Assembly (NCBI GenBank): GCA_029260025.1
Contig: JAJDDZ010000192.1
Location: forward strand, 1,495-65,494
Direction: 5' to 3'
Length of the DNA stretch: 64,000 nucleotides
Source: Phycisphaerae bacterium
GTDB lineage: Bacteria > Planctomycetota > Phycisphaerae > UBA1845
The notes beneath the pieces were generated by a model that did not search any database, was not told where the DNA came from, and saw nothing but the letters and a program-made list of their open reading frames with translations. The translations under genes and the position numbers were made by a program. Of the stretch, positions 8,114-17,810 are shown one piece after another (the first letter of the stretch is position 1; every line of letters begins with the position of its first letter).

Positions 8114-9838
8114 ATGCCCAAACAGTGGTTAATTCAAACGCCCGCCTCCGATCGGGATGCTTTTGCATCGCGATGGGGCGTCCCGTCCCTCGTCGCTCAG
8201 CTTCTGATCAACCGAGGCGTCGATCCCGACTCCCCAAGCGATACTTTCCTGTCGCCACAGCTAAAGGATCTACACCCCCCGTCAGCCCTCCCCGGAGCGG
8301 TTGAAGCAGCGGAGGTCATCGTGGCAGCCATTCGTCAGGGCAAGAAGATTGTCCTCTACGGCGACTATGACGTGGACGGAACCACCGGCGTTGCAATCTT
8401 GTGGCACATGTTGCAACTCGCCCAAGCCAACGTCTCCTTCTATGTCCCACACAGAGTTTCCGAGGGTTACGGGCTAAACGTCGGGGCGGTCCGAAGTCTC
8501 GCGGAGGATGGGGCGAGCCTTATTATTTCGATCGACTGCGGAATCCGTGCCGTTCAAGTCGCCAAAGAACTCGCGACCCTCGGGGTGACCTTCATTGTCA
8601 CCGATCATCATCAACCCGGTCCAACGCTTCCCGAGGCAACAGTAATTGTCCACCCCACAGCTGTCGGCGATAGTCCAAACCGTGACCTCTGTGGAGCAGG
8701 CGTTGCCTTCAAGCTGGCGTGGGCGGTCGCCCAAAACGTGTCCGGTTCAGATCGCGTTGATCCGGCCTTTCGAGAATTGTTGAAACATCTACTTCCGTTG
8801 GCTGCCCTTGGGACGATTGCCGACGTGGTTTCGCTGATTGGAGAAAACAGGATTCTCGCGCGCCACGGACTGGCGAACTTACCGACGTGCGCGATACCGG
8901 GCGTCAAGGCGCTCATGGAGTCAGCCGGTCTGAGCGGAACGAGTGTGAGCGGGTATGACGTGGGTTTCAAAATTGGTCCGCGAATTAACGCTGCTGGTCG
9001 CATGGGGCACGCACGCTTGGCGGTTGAGTTACTTACGCGTGCCGATGGAAATCGCGCAAGAGAAATCGCCATTTACCTCGAAGGACACAACAAATCGCGT
9101 CAGTCAACCGAGCGAAAAATCTCCAAGCAGGCGCGGGACAGGGTCGATAGCAACGAGCTAGCCAGTGATGCAAGGCGCGCCATCGTGATAGCGGGCGAGG
9201 ATTGGCACGCAGGCGTGATCGGGATCGTAGCAGCGCGCATGGTGGATCGGTATCACCGTCCTACGGTCGTCTTTTCGATCAACGGCGACGAAGCTCAAGG
9301 GAGTGCCCGAGGGATCCCGCATTTCGATCTCGCGCAGGCGTTTTCAGCCTGCGGCGAACATCTTCTTGGGCATGGCGGTCATGCGATGGCTGCGGGTTGT
9401 CGGATCAGTGCCAAGAGCATTCCCGCATTCACCGAAGCGTTTGTTGATCTCGCCAACAAGCGTTTGACGCACAACGATCTCATACCGAAGGTGAGAATCG
9501 ATTCCGAGGTGAATCTGGCGGAGCTTACGCTCGCGACCACCGAGGCGATTGTCGGTCTTGGTCCGTTTGGTACAGGGAATCCAAGGCCGAAATTTGCCAC
9601 AGACTGGATCGACTTGGCGGAAGAACCCCGATGCGTTGGTCGAAGTCAAGAACACTTGCAGGTGTCCTTTCGCCAAAACGGAACGAGGATGAAAGGGATC
9701 GGGTTTGGCCAGGCTGCCAATTTTGAAAACATCAAAGAGCACCGCAGGTGTCGCGTCGCGTTCGAGCCGATTGTCAACGACTTTCGCGGTCGGCGGTCGG
9801 TGGAAATGCAAATCATCGACCTTCAGTTTCCAGAGTGA
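8114..9838 (+). CDS. recJ: single-stranded-DNA-specific exonuclease RecJ
   Basis: 574 aa. DHH family motifs are present (LYGDYDVDGTTGVAILWHML, ITDHHQP) along with a DHHA1-like GGHAMAAG. Confidence 0.92.
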   Translation: MPKQWLIQTPASDRDAFASRWGVPSLVAQLLINRGVDPDSPSDTFLSPQLKDLHPPSALPGAVEAAEVIVAAIRQGKKIVLYGDYDVDGTTGVAILWHMLQLAQANVSFYVPHRVSEGYGLNVGAVRSLAEDGASLIISIDCGIRAVQVAKELATLGVTFIVTDHHQPGPTLPEATVIVHPTAVGDSPNRDLCGAGVAFKLAWAVAQNVSGSDRVDPAFRELLKHLLPLAALGTIADVVSLIGENRILARHGLANLPTCAIPGVKALMESAGLSGTSVSGYDVGFKIGPRINAAGRMGHARLAVELLTRADGNRAREIAIYLEGHNKSRQSTERKISKQARDRVDSNELASDARRAIVIAGEDWHAGVIGIVAARMVDRYHRPTVVFSINGDEAQGSARGIPHFDLAQAFSACGEHLLGHGGHAMAAGCRISAKSIPAFTEAFVDLANKRLTHNDLIPKVRIDSEVNLAELTLATTEAIVGLGPFGTGNPRPKFATDWIDLAEEPRCVGRSQEHLQVSFRQNGTRMKGIGFGQAANFENIKEHRRCRVAFEPIVNDFRGRRSVEMQIIDLQFPE

Positions 9839-9847
9839 CGCATCGTG

Positions 9848-11527
9848 TTACTTTTGTATCAACCGGCGGCGAGGCTGCCCGCCGTTGTGGTTTCTCGCGA
9901 TCGTGACGTCAAAAAAATCCTTCAACTCCGCTTCTTTGCAGTCTTCTCGAAAGTGGACCCCGATAGAATGGTCGCGCTGTCGCGCCGAGACCGCAACGGT
10001 CCACGCGACGGTTAGTTCGTTCTGCAGTTCCCATCCGTCGCGCGTGTCGAAGGTCTTGTCGAGAACATAGTGTCCCCAAAAACCTAGGATTTCGCACGTC
10101 TCGCGAAGACGACTCTCGCTTCGTACGATTCCGGCGTTGCGCCACATGACACTCGTAAGCGAGTTACGAATGTCAGCGACGTCAAGCGGCGTGCGCGCAG
10201 ACGGATCAATCTCGCTAACCACAGTCGAGACCCGCGACTTGCCATTGCGAGCGCCGATGGCATGCCCGGCGCTTTCGCCGGCCAGTCGCCCAAAGACTAG
10301 CCCCTCTAAGAGCGAGTTGCTCGCCATTCTGTTCGCGCCGTGGACGCCGGTACACGACGCCTCGCCGCAACAGATGAGTCCCTCGATGCTCGTCGTTCCG
10401 TCGAGTCCTACGTCAACGCCGCCAATCATATAATGAGCGCTCGGGCGGACCGGGATCAAGTCCTTCTTCGGGTCGATCTGAAAATCCGTGCAAAGTCGAG
10501 CCAGTCCTGGAAAACGCTTCGCAAAGTTATCCAGGTGCCTCGTATCGAGAAAGACAGAGTTCGAGCGCGTCTCGATCAGGTGATTGTGGATTGCGCGACT
10601 AACGATATCACGCGGCGCAAGTTCGCCGTCTTTGTGATGGTCAAAGAGGAATCGCTTGCCATCTCGGTCGAGCAGATACGCGCCTTCGCCCCGGACAGCT
10701 TCAGATACTAAAGCGCGACCTGCCCCTGCGATGTACAGGGTCGTTGGATGAAACTGCATGAGTTCCATGTTGCAAAGTCTCGCTCCTGCACGGAAGGCGG
10801 CGGCGATTCCGTCGCCGGTTGATCCGGGCGGGTTGGTCGTTTCTCGCCATATTTGGCCGCATCCGCCGGAAGCGAGGATCGTTCGGTGTGCCCAGATGAG
10901 TTGGTGGCCATGCTTAGGGTGATGAGAGATCGCGCCGATGCAAGTGTCGCCTTCTGTTACAAAATCGATCAAGAAGCAGTGTTCAAAGACCCGGATGTTG
11001 TCTTGTCTATCGACGCGCTCGCGAAGCGTTCGGACGAGTTCCCGGCCAGTTTGATCGCCTTGTGCGTGGACGATTCGGTTTACGGAGTGTCCCCCCTCGC
11101 GGGTTCGAGCAAGAGATGTTCCGTCGCGATCGAGCTGAATTCCCCAGTCGATCAATTCTTCGACCCGAGAGGGCCCGTCGTCAACCAGTTTGTGAACGAC
11201 GTCGGGGCGGTTTACGCCAGCCCCGGCGCGGAGGGTGTCGTCAAAATGTCTTTGTGCGTCGGTGTCTTTGTCGCATGCTGCAGCGATCCCGCCTTGCGCA
11301 TATCGGGTCGCGGATTGTCCGAATTCGTCCTTGCAGAGAAGGATGACCTCGCCGAACAAAGCAGCTTCGATGGCGGCCCGCATTCCGGCGACGCCACTTC
11401 CGATAACAAGTACGTCGGTGAGGACGTGGCTGATCCGACGCGAATCGAAGTTCGTGAGGTATCGCTGTGTGTCGAGAGTCGCCTGCATGATGGTGATTAT
11501 CGTACGCTTGGGTGGGTTGCTCGGCAA
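9848..11527 (-). CDS. nadB: L-aspartate oxidase
   Basis: FAD-binding DVLVIGSGVAGMRAAIEA, YAQGGIAAA, and a succinate DH/fumarate reductase flavoprotein-like body of NadB length. The start is uncertain (TTG 11527 or ATG 11488). Confidence 0.9.
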   Translation of the reverse strand: MPSNPPKRTIITIMQATLDTQRYLTNFDSRRISHVLTDVLVIGSGVAGMRAAIEAALFGEVILLCKDEFGQSATRYAQGGIAAACDKDTDAQRHFDDTLRAGAGVNRPDVVHKLVDDGPSRVEELIDWGIQLDRDGTSLARTREGGHSVNRIVHAQGDQTGRELVRTLRERVDRQDNIRVFEHCFLIDFVTEGDTCIGAISHHPKHGHQLIWAHRTILASGGCGQIWRETTNPPGSTGDGIAAAFRAGARLCNMELMQFHPTTLYIAGAGRALVSEAVRGEGAYLLDRDGKRFLFDHHKDGELAPRDIVSRAIHNHLIETRSNSVFLDTRHLDNFAKRFPGLARLCTDFQIDPKKDLIPVRPSAHYMIGGVDVGLDGTTSIEGLICCGEASCTGVHGANRMASNSLLEGLVFGRLAGESAGHAIGARNGKSRVSTVVSEIDPSARTPLDVADIRNSLTSVMWRNAGIVRSESRLRETCEILGFWGHYVLDKTFDTRDGWELQNELTVAWTVAVSARQRDHSIGVHFREDCKEAELKDFFDVTIARNHNGGQPRRRLIQK

Positions 11528-11582
11528 TCCTTGGTCAATGGTGCGCCGGGAACGGTTCTAACCTGACGGTTTGCGGGTTCCG

Positions 11583-14297
11583 ATGAAGAAGAGTCCGAAT
11601 ATGGTTAATCAGCGAGCCAATCTGAAGCAGTGTTGGTCGCGCTCGGCGCCGCTTGTTGCAGTTCTTGTTGCATCGTGCGTTGGGGCGGTGGTTTGCGATG
11701 CGCGCGGCGAGGATGACGCCCCTTCCAAGAACAAGCGTCTCGTCTATCAGTTCGGTTTTGACGAACGTTCAGACGGAAATCTGGAGACTATTCCCAAATA
11801 CTGGGAGCCGTTGCGCATGCCTGGGTTCCCCGGTTTTGCGGTCGGGCGTTTCGACGAAGAGGTCGGGCATGCCGCCCCACCGTCGTTTCGCCTCGAGAGC
11901 AGTGGGCGCAATGTTGCTTACGAATATGGCGGGCCGGCTCTGGCGGTTCGAGCTTCTGGAAATTACCGGGTCATCGCCTATCTGCGCCCTGATCATTTGG
12001 AGAATGCCCGCACTTGTCTTTGTGCCTTCTTTCGGGACCGACATGGAAACGCAATCCTCGATTCGTTCGTGCGTTCACCCTATATTTCGTCTGCCGATGC
12101 GAGCGACGACTGGATTCCCGCGCAGTTGTTGCTGCCGACGGCTCCTTTTGATGCGAGGACGATTGGGCTTGCCGTTTGGGTGTTGCAGGAATCGACGTGG
12201 ACTACCGCGACCCCATCGGCGCGGGATATTCAGCGCGTTGATGTCAGCGGGGGCGTGTGGATCGATGACATAAGCGTCATGACTCTCCCGAGAATCTCGC
12301 TCGACACCTCGACACCAGGGAACGTGCTTGAGCCAAATGACAAGGCAGAGCTGGTCATTCGCGCGTCGGATTATGAGACGGGTTCGATGGACGGCGTGCT
12401 TACGATCTGGGATGCGGCGGAGACGGTTGTTTCTACGCGCGAGCTGGCTATTACGCTTGGCGGTGGCGAGCATCGAAACACGGTTTCGATCGAAGAACTT
12501 CCTGTCGGGTGGTACCACTCGAAGCTGGCGGTGAGCGCGGGCGGCGCGAAGGTATTGACGCGATTCCTTTCGTTCGCGAAGGTGCCTGCTTCTGCTTCGG
12601 AATCGACTCGGGGTACGACGTCGTTTGGAATATCGATCAATTCGGGAAGGCGGAGTTCGCCACTGACAGAGCTATCGCTCTTGCGGCGGCAGCTCTGCGA
12701 TTCGGTGAAGATTCCGGTTTGGTCTGGTCATCACGACCTGTCTCCGGGTGCTTCGTATGCCCTTGAGCATGACCTGCTATTGCAGGAGTTGTTGAAACGC
12801 GGGTTCTCGATGACCGCAGTTCTTGGTGAGATTCCTACATTTTTTACCGGTATGAACGGCAATTACTCGGGTACGGCGGTGGATTTGCTGGGTGATTCGC
12901 CAAGTCTTTGGCAAGATTATCTCGCTGGGGTTGCAGCTCCGTACGCGAGTACCTACCGCTGGTGGCAGGTTGGTGCGGATGGTGATTCTGTTAATACGAC
13001 CAGTGATGCCTACTTGCGGGCAGTTGGGCAAGTCCGCCAGACGCTGGGTCCGTACATTCTTGTGCCGCGGATGACGGTCGCGATTTCGCATGGAACAGAT
13101 CCTGAAGGGGCGAGACTTCCTGTGGAGCAAGTCACGACGATGATCGGCGCGTCTGTTGCTGTGGATCGTATCGCTCCTGTCGCGTCGTCGCTTCGCTCGA
13201 AGGGTTATGAAGAGCTGAGCGCTCTGGTGGGGTTGCATGACGCGGCGCGGTTCGATCGACTGGGACGCCTGGCGAATTGGTCACAGCGTCTGGTTGCGGC
13301 GCGACATAGCGGTGCGAGCGTTGTCTACGCGCGTCCGACCTGGGAGGTCCGTGATACGGTTTTTGGTCCCGTGACCGAGCCAAAGGAAGAGTTTATCCTT
13401 CTGCGAACTCTTGCGGATGTGCTTCGTGAATCTCAACCCGGACCGAAGGTCCCACTTAGTGGCGGTGTTCAGTGCTTTGCTTTTACTGTTGGTGAGGGCG
13501 AATCAATTTTCGCGATCTGGGATCCCGCCGCACCGCCCGAAGGCATTGATCACACGATTCAACTTGGGGCTGCGACTGAGGTTCTTGATCTGTGGGGTCG
13601 ACGTGAATCTCTGGTCCGAGACAAACAAGGTCGTCATCGGATTCGGTTGACGAGTATGCCTGTTTTAGTGCCGGGGGTGGAGTCGTGGTTGGTGGATTTT
13701 CGTAGCTCTCTTTCGATCGTTCCTAACCGGGTTCAGCCAGGAACCGAGCTTGTAGAACATCGACTCGAGTCGAGCTATTTTGGCGCGACGCCGGTGACCG
13801 GTCGGGCAGCCCTTCATACGCCGGAAGCGTGGCGAGTAGAGCCTCGGGCGTTTGCAATGAGTTATTCATCCGGTGAGCCGGCGGAGGTCATTCAAACGAT
13901 TCGTTATTCTCACAGGGAACCTGCTGGCGTCAGACAGATTTCAGCCCAGGTCTTGCTGGATAACAAGGACTATTTTTTGGAGATCCCTTTGCAAGTAGAG
14001 ATTGCCCACGACGATTTTCAGGTTCGCGGGGCGGCTGTCATGGAGGGTAATTCGCTAGTGGTTCATCAATATGTGAGTAACCAGAGCGGCGAGCCAGTGA
14101 ACTTGCGCGGATCAATTGCTGTTCCTGGAAAGATGCGCCAATACCGCCCTTTCACTGCGATCGCACCGGGTGAGACCCAGCATGTCGAGTACCGATTTCG
14201 CGATGCGGGTGGACTCGCGGGTCGGCAAATTCTCTTGGGGCTGCGTGAGATTCGCGACAATCCACGCGTGCATAACTTAGAGCTGACGGTTCCCTAG
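11583..14297 (+). CDS. large secreted hypothetical protein (N-terminal jelly-roll/CBM-like region)
   Basis: ORF 11571..14297 with the start set to ATG 11583 (MKKSPNMVNQ...). The hydrophobic signal region is APLVAVLVASCVGAVVCDA. No catalytic family is recognisable by eye. The segment ...GGVWIDDISV resembles the end of a CBM4/9-type sandwich. Confidence 0.6.
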   Translation: MKKSPNMVNQRANLKQCWSRSAPLVAVLVASCVGAVVCDARGEDDAPSKNKRLVYQFGFDERSDGNLETIPKYWEPLRMPGFPGFAVGRFDEEVGHAAPPSFRLESSGRNVAYEYGGPALAVRASGNYRVIAYLRPDHLENARTCLCAFFRDRHGNAILDSFVRSPYISSADASDDWIPAQLLLPTAPFDARTIGLAVWVLQESTWTTATPSARDIQRVDVSGGVWIDDISVMTLPRISLDTSTPGNVLEPNDKAELVIRASDYETGSMDGVLTIWDAAETVVSTRELAITLGGGEHRNTVSIEELPVGWYHSKLAVSAGGAKVLTRFLSFAKVPASASESTRGTTSFGISINSGRRSSPLTELSLLRRQLCDSVKIPVWSGHHDLSPGASYALEHDLLLQELLKRGFSMTAVLGEIPTFFTGMNGNYSGTAVDLLGDSPSLWQDYLAGVAAPYASTYRWWQVGADGDSVNTTSDAYLRAVGQVRQTLGPYILVPRMTVAISHGTDPEGARLPVEQVTTMIGASVAVDRIAPVASSLRSKGYEELSALVGLHDAARFDRLGRLANWSQRLVAARHSGASVVYARPTWEVRDTVFGPVTEPKEEFILLRTLADVLRESQPGPKVPLSGGVQCFAFTVGEGESIFAIWDPAAPPEGIDHTIQLGAATEVLDLWGRRESLVRDKQGRHRIRLTSMPVLVPGVESWLVDFRSSLSIVPNRVQPGTELVEHRLESSYFGATPVTGRAALHTPEAWRVEPRAFAMSYSSGEPAEVIQTIRYSHREPAGVRQISAQVLLDNKDYFLEIPLQVEIAHDDFQVRGAAVMEGNSLVVHQYVSNQSGEPVNLRGSIAVPGKMRQYRPFTAIAPGETQHVEYRFRDAGGLAGRQILLGLREIRDNPRVHNLELTVP

Positions 14298-14491
14298 CTG
14301 TCTGTCGGTATCCTAAGTTCGACTCTTATTCCTTTCTTGCTTCGTTTTTGCCTATCTTTGCGCGCGGTTTGCGATGTTAATCGTTGTTGTTGGCGGCGAT
14401 GGTTGGTTGGGGCTAAAATGGTGGGGCGATGGTTTTCGGGGACGATTCTTCGGAAAATTAGTCGTTGGCGCTATTTGGCGCATTGTCAACT

Positions 14492-15208
14492 ATGATCGAA
14501 GCCATGCTCTTCGACGTGGGCGATACTTTCGTTCATTTCGAAACTAGCAATCTAAAGAAGTTTCTCGAGCTGGCGGCGACGCCGGCGTGGGAACGTCTGC
14601 GCGAACTTGGAATGAACCCGCCGCCGTTTCGTTCCTACGTTCGATCGTTGAAGTTACCCGCCATTTATGAAGTCATCTGGTCGCGTATTTGCCGCCGCGA
14701 AGCGCGACTCATGCCCGCGCTTCTGTCGAAGCACCGGCGGATGGGTATGGATTTGTCAGAGGAGCAATGGGCCGAAGTTCTCTCGCGGTGCGTGCCCATT
14801 GTTCGTCAATACTTTGAGGCGGATGAAGAGGCGGTTTCTGTCATGCAGAAGCTGCACGCGAAGGGGATCAAGATGGGGATCGTGTCGAACACGATGTTCC
14901 CTGCGTTCGCGATTGACGATGTGCTCGAACATGACGGGCTGTTGGAGTGGTTCCCCGTTCGCATTTATTCTTCTGATGTTGGGTACATGAAACCGCACCC
15001 GAAGATATTTGAGGCGGCGCTGGATCAACTGGGCGTGCGTGCTGACCGAACGGTTTTCGTTGGCGATCGTATTGACAAAGACGTGAAGGGAGCGTCGAGA
15101 CTCGGGATGACGACGGTCTTGATCACGCGCAACGGAGCAACGCCCGGCGGCAAGCCTCGCCCAGATCACGCGATCAATCGTTTGTCAGAACTTCTATCGC
15201 TCGTCTAA
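14492..15208 (+). CDS. HAD-superfamily hydrolase (subfamily IA-like)
   Basis: MLFDVGDTF carries motif I (DxD/DxG). ...IVSNT is motif II. ...VFVGDRIDKDVKGASRLGMTTVLI covers motifs III/IV. Confidence 0.8.
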   Translation: MIEAMLFDVGDTFVHFETSNLKKFLELAATPAWERLRELGMNPPPFRSYVRSLKLPAIYEVIWSRICRREARLMPALLSKHRRMGMDLSEEQWAEVLSRCVPIVRQYFEADEEAVSVMQKLHAKGIKMGIVSNTMFPAFAIDDVLEHDGLLEWFPVRIYSSDVGYMKPHPKIFEAALDQLGVRADRTVFVGDRIDKDVKGASRLGMTTVLITRNGATPGGKPRPDHAINRLSELLSLV

Positions 15209-15225
15209 TCCGAGGGCACTGGGTT

Positions 15226-15837
15226 ATGGCTGACTTTCTTGCTCCTGACCAGCTTCTAACCGCCTACTCGATGGGTCTCTTCCCGATGGCAGATCATTCG
15301 GGGGAGGTGCAATGGCTTGCTCCGGACCCGAGGTGCATTATCGAGCTGTATGCGTTCCGGGCGTCAAGGTCGCTTCGGTCGGTGATCAAGCAGAATGTTT
15401 TTGATGTGACGATCGACGAATCCTTCGAGGAGGTGATCGACGCGTGCGCCAATCGTCCGGAGGGAACATGGATATCCGCTGAGATTCGATCAGCCTACGT
15501 CGCCTTGCACAGGGCCGGTTTTGCTCATAGCGTCGAGAGCAGGCAGGAATCTCGTCTGGTGGGGGGGCTTTATGGGGTTGCGCTTGGAGGCGTGTTCTGC
15601 GGGGAGTCGATGTTTCATCAAGAAACGGATGCGTCTAAGGTCGCGCTGGCAGCTTTGGTTCAGCGAATGCGAGAGCGCGGATACGCCTTGCTTGATATTC
15701 AGTTTATGACCGAGCACCTCCGTCAATTCGGCGCGATCGAGATTCCTCGGCACCAGTACGAGGCGCGGTTGGAGGATGCTGTGGGAATGGCATGCTCTTT
15801 TGTCGATGATGAACCGAGTGTATTTGAGAGCAAATGA
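15226..15837 (+). CDS. aat: leucyl/phenylalanyl-tRNA--protein transferase
   Basis: LLTAYSMGLFPMADHSGEVQWLAPDPRCII..., GGLYGVALGGVFCGESMFH and LLDIQFMTEHLRQFGAIEIPR are typical L/F-transferase blocks. Confidence 0.9.
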   Translation: MADFLAPDQLLTAYSMGLFPMADHSGEVQWLAPDPRCIIELYAFRASRSLRSVIKQNVFDVTIDESFEEVIDACANRPEGTWISAEIRSAYVALHRAGFAHSVESRQESRLVGGLYGVALGGVFCGESMFHQETDASKVALAALVQRMRERGYALLDIQFMTEHLRQFGAIEIPRHQYEARLEDAVGMACSFVDDEPSVFESK

Positions 15838-17810
15838 CCAGTACGGAGACTGTGATCGCACGTAACCGGCGCATTAGCGATGAACTTTTTTTGCGCAACA
15901 TGCGCGTGCTATGGCGGCGCGATCCTGCGCTGGCGGCGCGTGTTGACGCGGTTGATGACGTCGATCGCGTGGCTGTTGAGGCTGCCAGGAACGGCGATGC
16001 GACCGCACGCGTATCCTTGCCCGATGGGAACAGCGCGTATCTGCATAGTCGTCATCAGCCAGGCGCCGAGGCGAAGAAATGGGCGGATGCGATCGACCGG
16101 GAGGGGAATTTTTGTTTCGTTGTTTCGGGGATTGGGCTGGGGTATCACATTCGTGCCTTGTTCGATGATCTTCACGATGAGACGGTCGTTGTTTGCCTAG
16201 AGCCATCCATCGAATTGATGGCTACTGCGCTGACTTGTGTTGATTTTGCGGACCTGATCGACGCGGATCGTCTAATCTTTCTGGTGGACGATGATAAGAC
16301 GCGACTTCATGCACGATTACACAGGCACAGCACGCTCTTGATGCTCGGGACGCAGTTCGCCAAGCATGTTCCTTCTGTTCGTCGCGATGAGCCCGCGTAC
16401 AACCGAATTCACACCGCGTTGACGGAATTTGTGACGTACTCGCGGATGTCGCTGCTGACCCTGCTTGGGAATTCGCGGATTACTTGTAAGAACATCGCGA
16501 TGAATCTTCCCAATTATGTTGCGACGCCGCCGATTGATTTATTGCAGGATCGGTTTCGCGGTTGTCCAGGAATCGTCATCTCGGCTGGTCCTTCGCTGTC
16601 GAAGAATCTGGATCAGCTGGGCGCGCTCAAGGGCAAGGCGGTTCTTTGTGCGGTCCAGACAGCTCTTCGTCCGCTGACTCTGCGAGGGATCGTTCCTGAT
16701 TTTGTGACGAGCCTTGATTTTCACGAAATGTCGAGCAAGTTTTATGAGGGCGTGGAAGGTCTCGAGGATGTCCACCTTGTGGCAGAACCCAAGGCGACGT
16801 GGCATGTCACGGATACTTATCCCGGCCCGATGTCCCTATTGGATAATGAATGGGCGCGGCTGGTTGCTGGTGACGAGCTGGGTGGTCGAAGCGGGTTGAC
16901 GGCTGGGGCGACGGTTGCCCATCTTGCATTTTACCTAGCGGCGTATATGGGTTGCGATCCGATTATTTTCGTCGGGCAGGATCTGGCGTTTACCGGGCAT
17001 GTTTTTTACGTGCCCGGTGTTGAGATACATCGTGCGTGGCGGGGCGAGATCAACCGGTTCAATTCGATGGAGCAAAAGGAGTGGGATCGGATCGCTCGCA
17101 ATAGGCCTATCCTTCGCAAAGTTGTTGGGAATGATGGGTCGGAACTCTACACCGACGAATTGTTGTTCACATACTTGGAACAATTCGAAAAAGACATCCG
17201 TACGGTTCCCGCCACGGTCGTGAATGCGACCGAGGGTGGGGCGCGGATTCGTGGTACGTCGGTGATGTCGCTGGCGGATGCGACGGAGAAGTTTTGCAGA
17301 GGGCCGATTGATCCTGCGCTGTTTGAGTATCGAAAAGACGCGAATTGGTGGGACGAATCGAAGCTCGCTTCGCTGAAAGGCGTCTTGGAAAATCGCATTG
17401 CGTCTCTTGATGAGGTCGTGAAGGTTTGTGACGAACTGCTCGACTTATTCAAGGAACTGAGAGGTCTGACCGACGATCCCACGAAATTCAATAAAAAAAT
17501 TATTCGCGTGGACGAGCTTCGCGTGAAGGTTCATCAGGACACGCGTGCTTACGAGATGGTCAATGCCGCGACGCAGACGGCTGAGCTTCGGCGGTATCAC
17601 GCCGATCGAATGATTAGCGCCGCCGCAGGCGACGACGTTGAACGCGCGAAACGGCAGATTCGGCGCGACTCGGAGTTTATCGGCAGCGTCGGAACCGGTG
17701 CGCAAGATGTTCGGGAAATGCTCGAAGAAACGCTCCAACGGGTGAATGATCCTCCGCGTCGCAATGTTCCACTTTCGCGAGCAGAGAAAGACTCGGGGGT
17801 GTCGCTTTGA
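15834..17810 (+). CDS. Maf-like / DUF115 (MptE-like) family protein, putative glycosyltransferase
   Basis: 658 aa. The central block is GCPGIVISAGPSLSKNLDQLGALKGKAVLCAVQTALRPLTLRGIVPDFVTSLDFHE ... GATVAHLAFYLAAYMGCDPIIFVGQDLAFT, which I recall as the DUF115/motility-accessory-factor core. The start overlaps the aat stop (ATGA). Confidence 0.6.
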   Translation: MTSTETVIARNRRISDELFLRNMRVLWRRDPALAARVDAVDDVDRVAVEAARNGDATARVSLPDGNSAYLHSRHQPGAEAKKWADAIDREGNFCFVVSGIGLGYHIRALFDDLHDETVVVCLEPSIELMATALTCVDFADLIDADRLIFLVDDDKTRLHARLHRHSTLLMLGTQFAKHVPSVRRDEPAYNRIHTALTEFVTYSRMSLLTLLGNSRITCKNIAMNLPNYVATPPIDLLQDRFRGCPGIVISAGPSLSKNLDQLGALKGKAVLCAVQTALRPLTLRGIVPDFVTSLDFHEMSSKFYEGVEGLEDVHLVAEPKATWHVTDTYPGPMSLLDNEWARLVAGDELGGRSGLTAGATVAHLAFYLAAYMGCDPIIFVGQDLAFTGHVFYVPGVEIHRAWRGEINRFNSMEQKEWDRIARNRPILRKVVGNDGSELYTDELLFTYLEQFEKDIRTVPATVVNATEGGARIRGTSVMSLADATEKFCRGPIDPALFEYRKDANWWDESKLASLKGVLENRIASLDEVVKVCDELLDLFKELRGLTDDPTKFNKKIIRVDELRVKVHQDTRAYEMVNAATQTAELRRYHADRMISAAAGDDVERAKRQIRRDSEFIGSVGTGAQDVREMLEETLQRVNDPPRRNVPLSRAEKDSGVSL

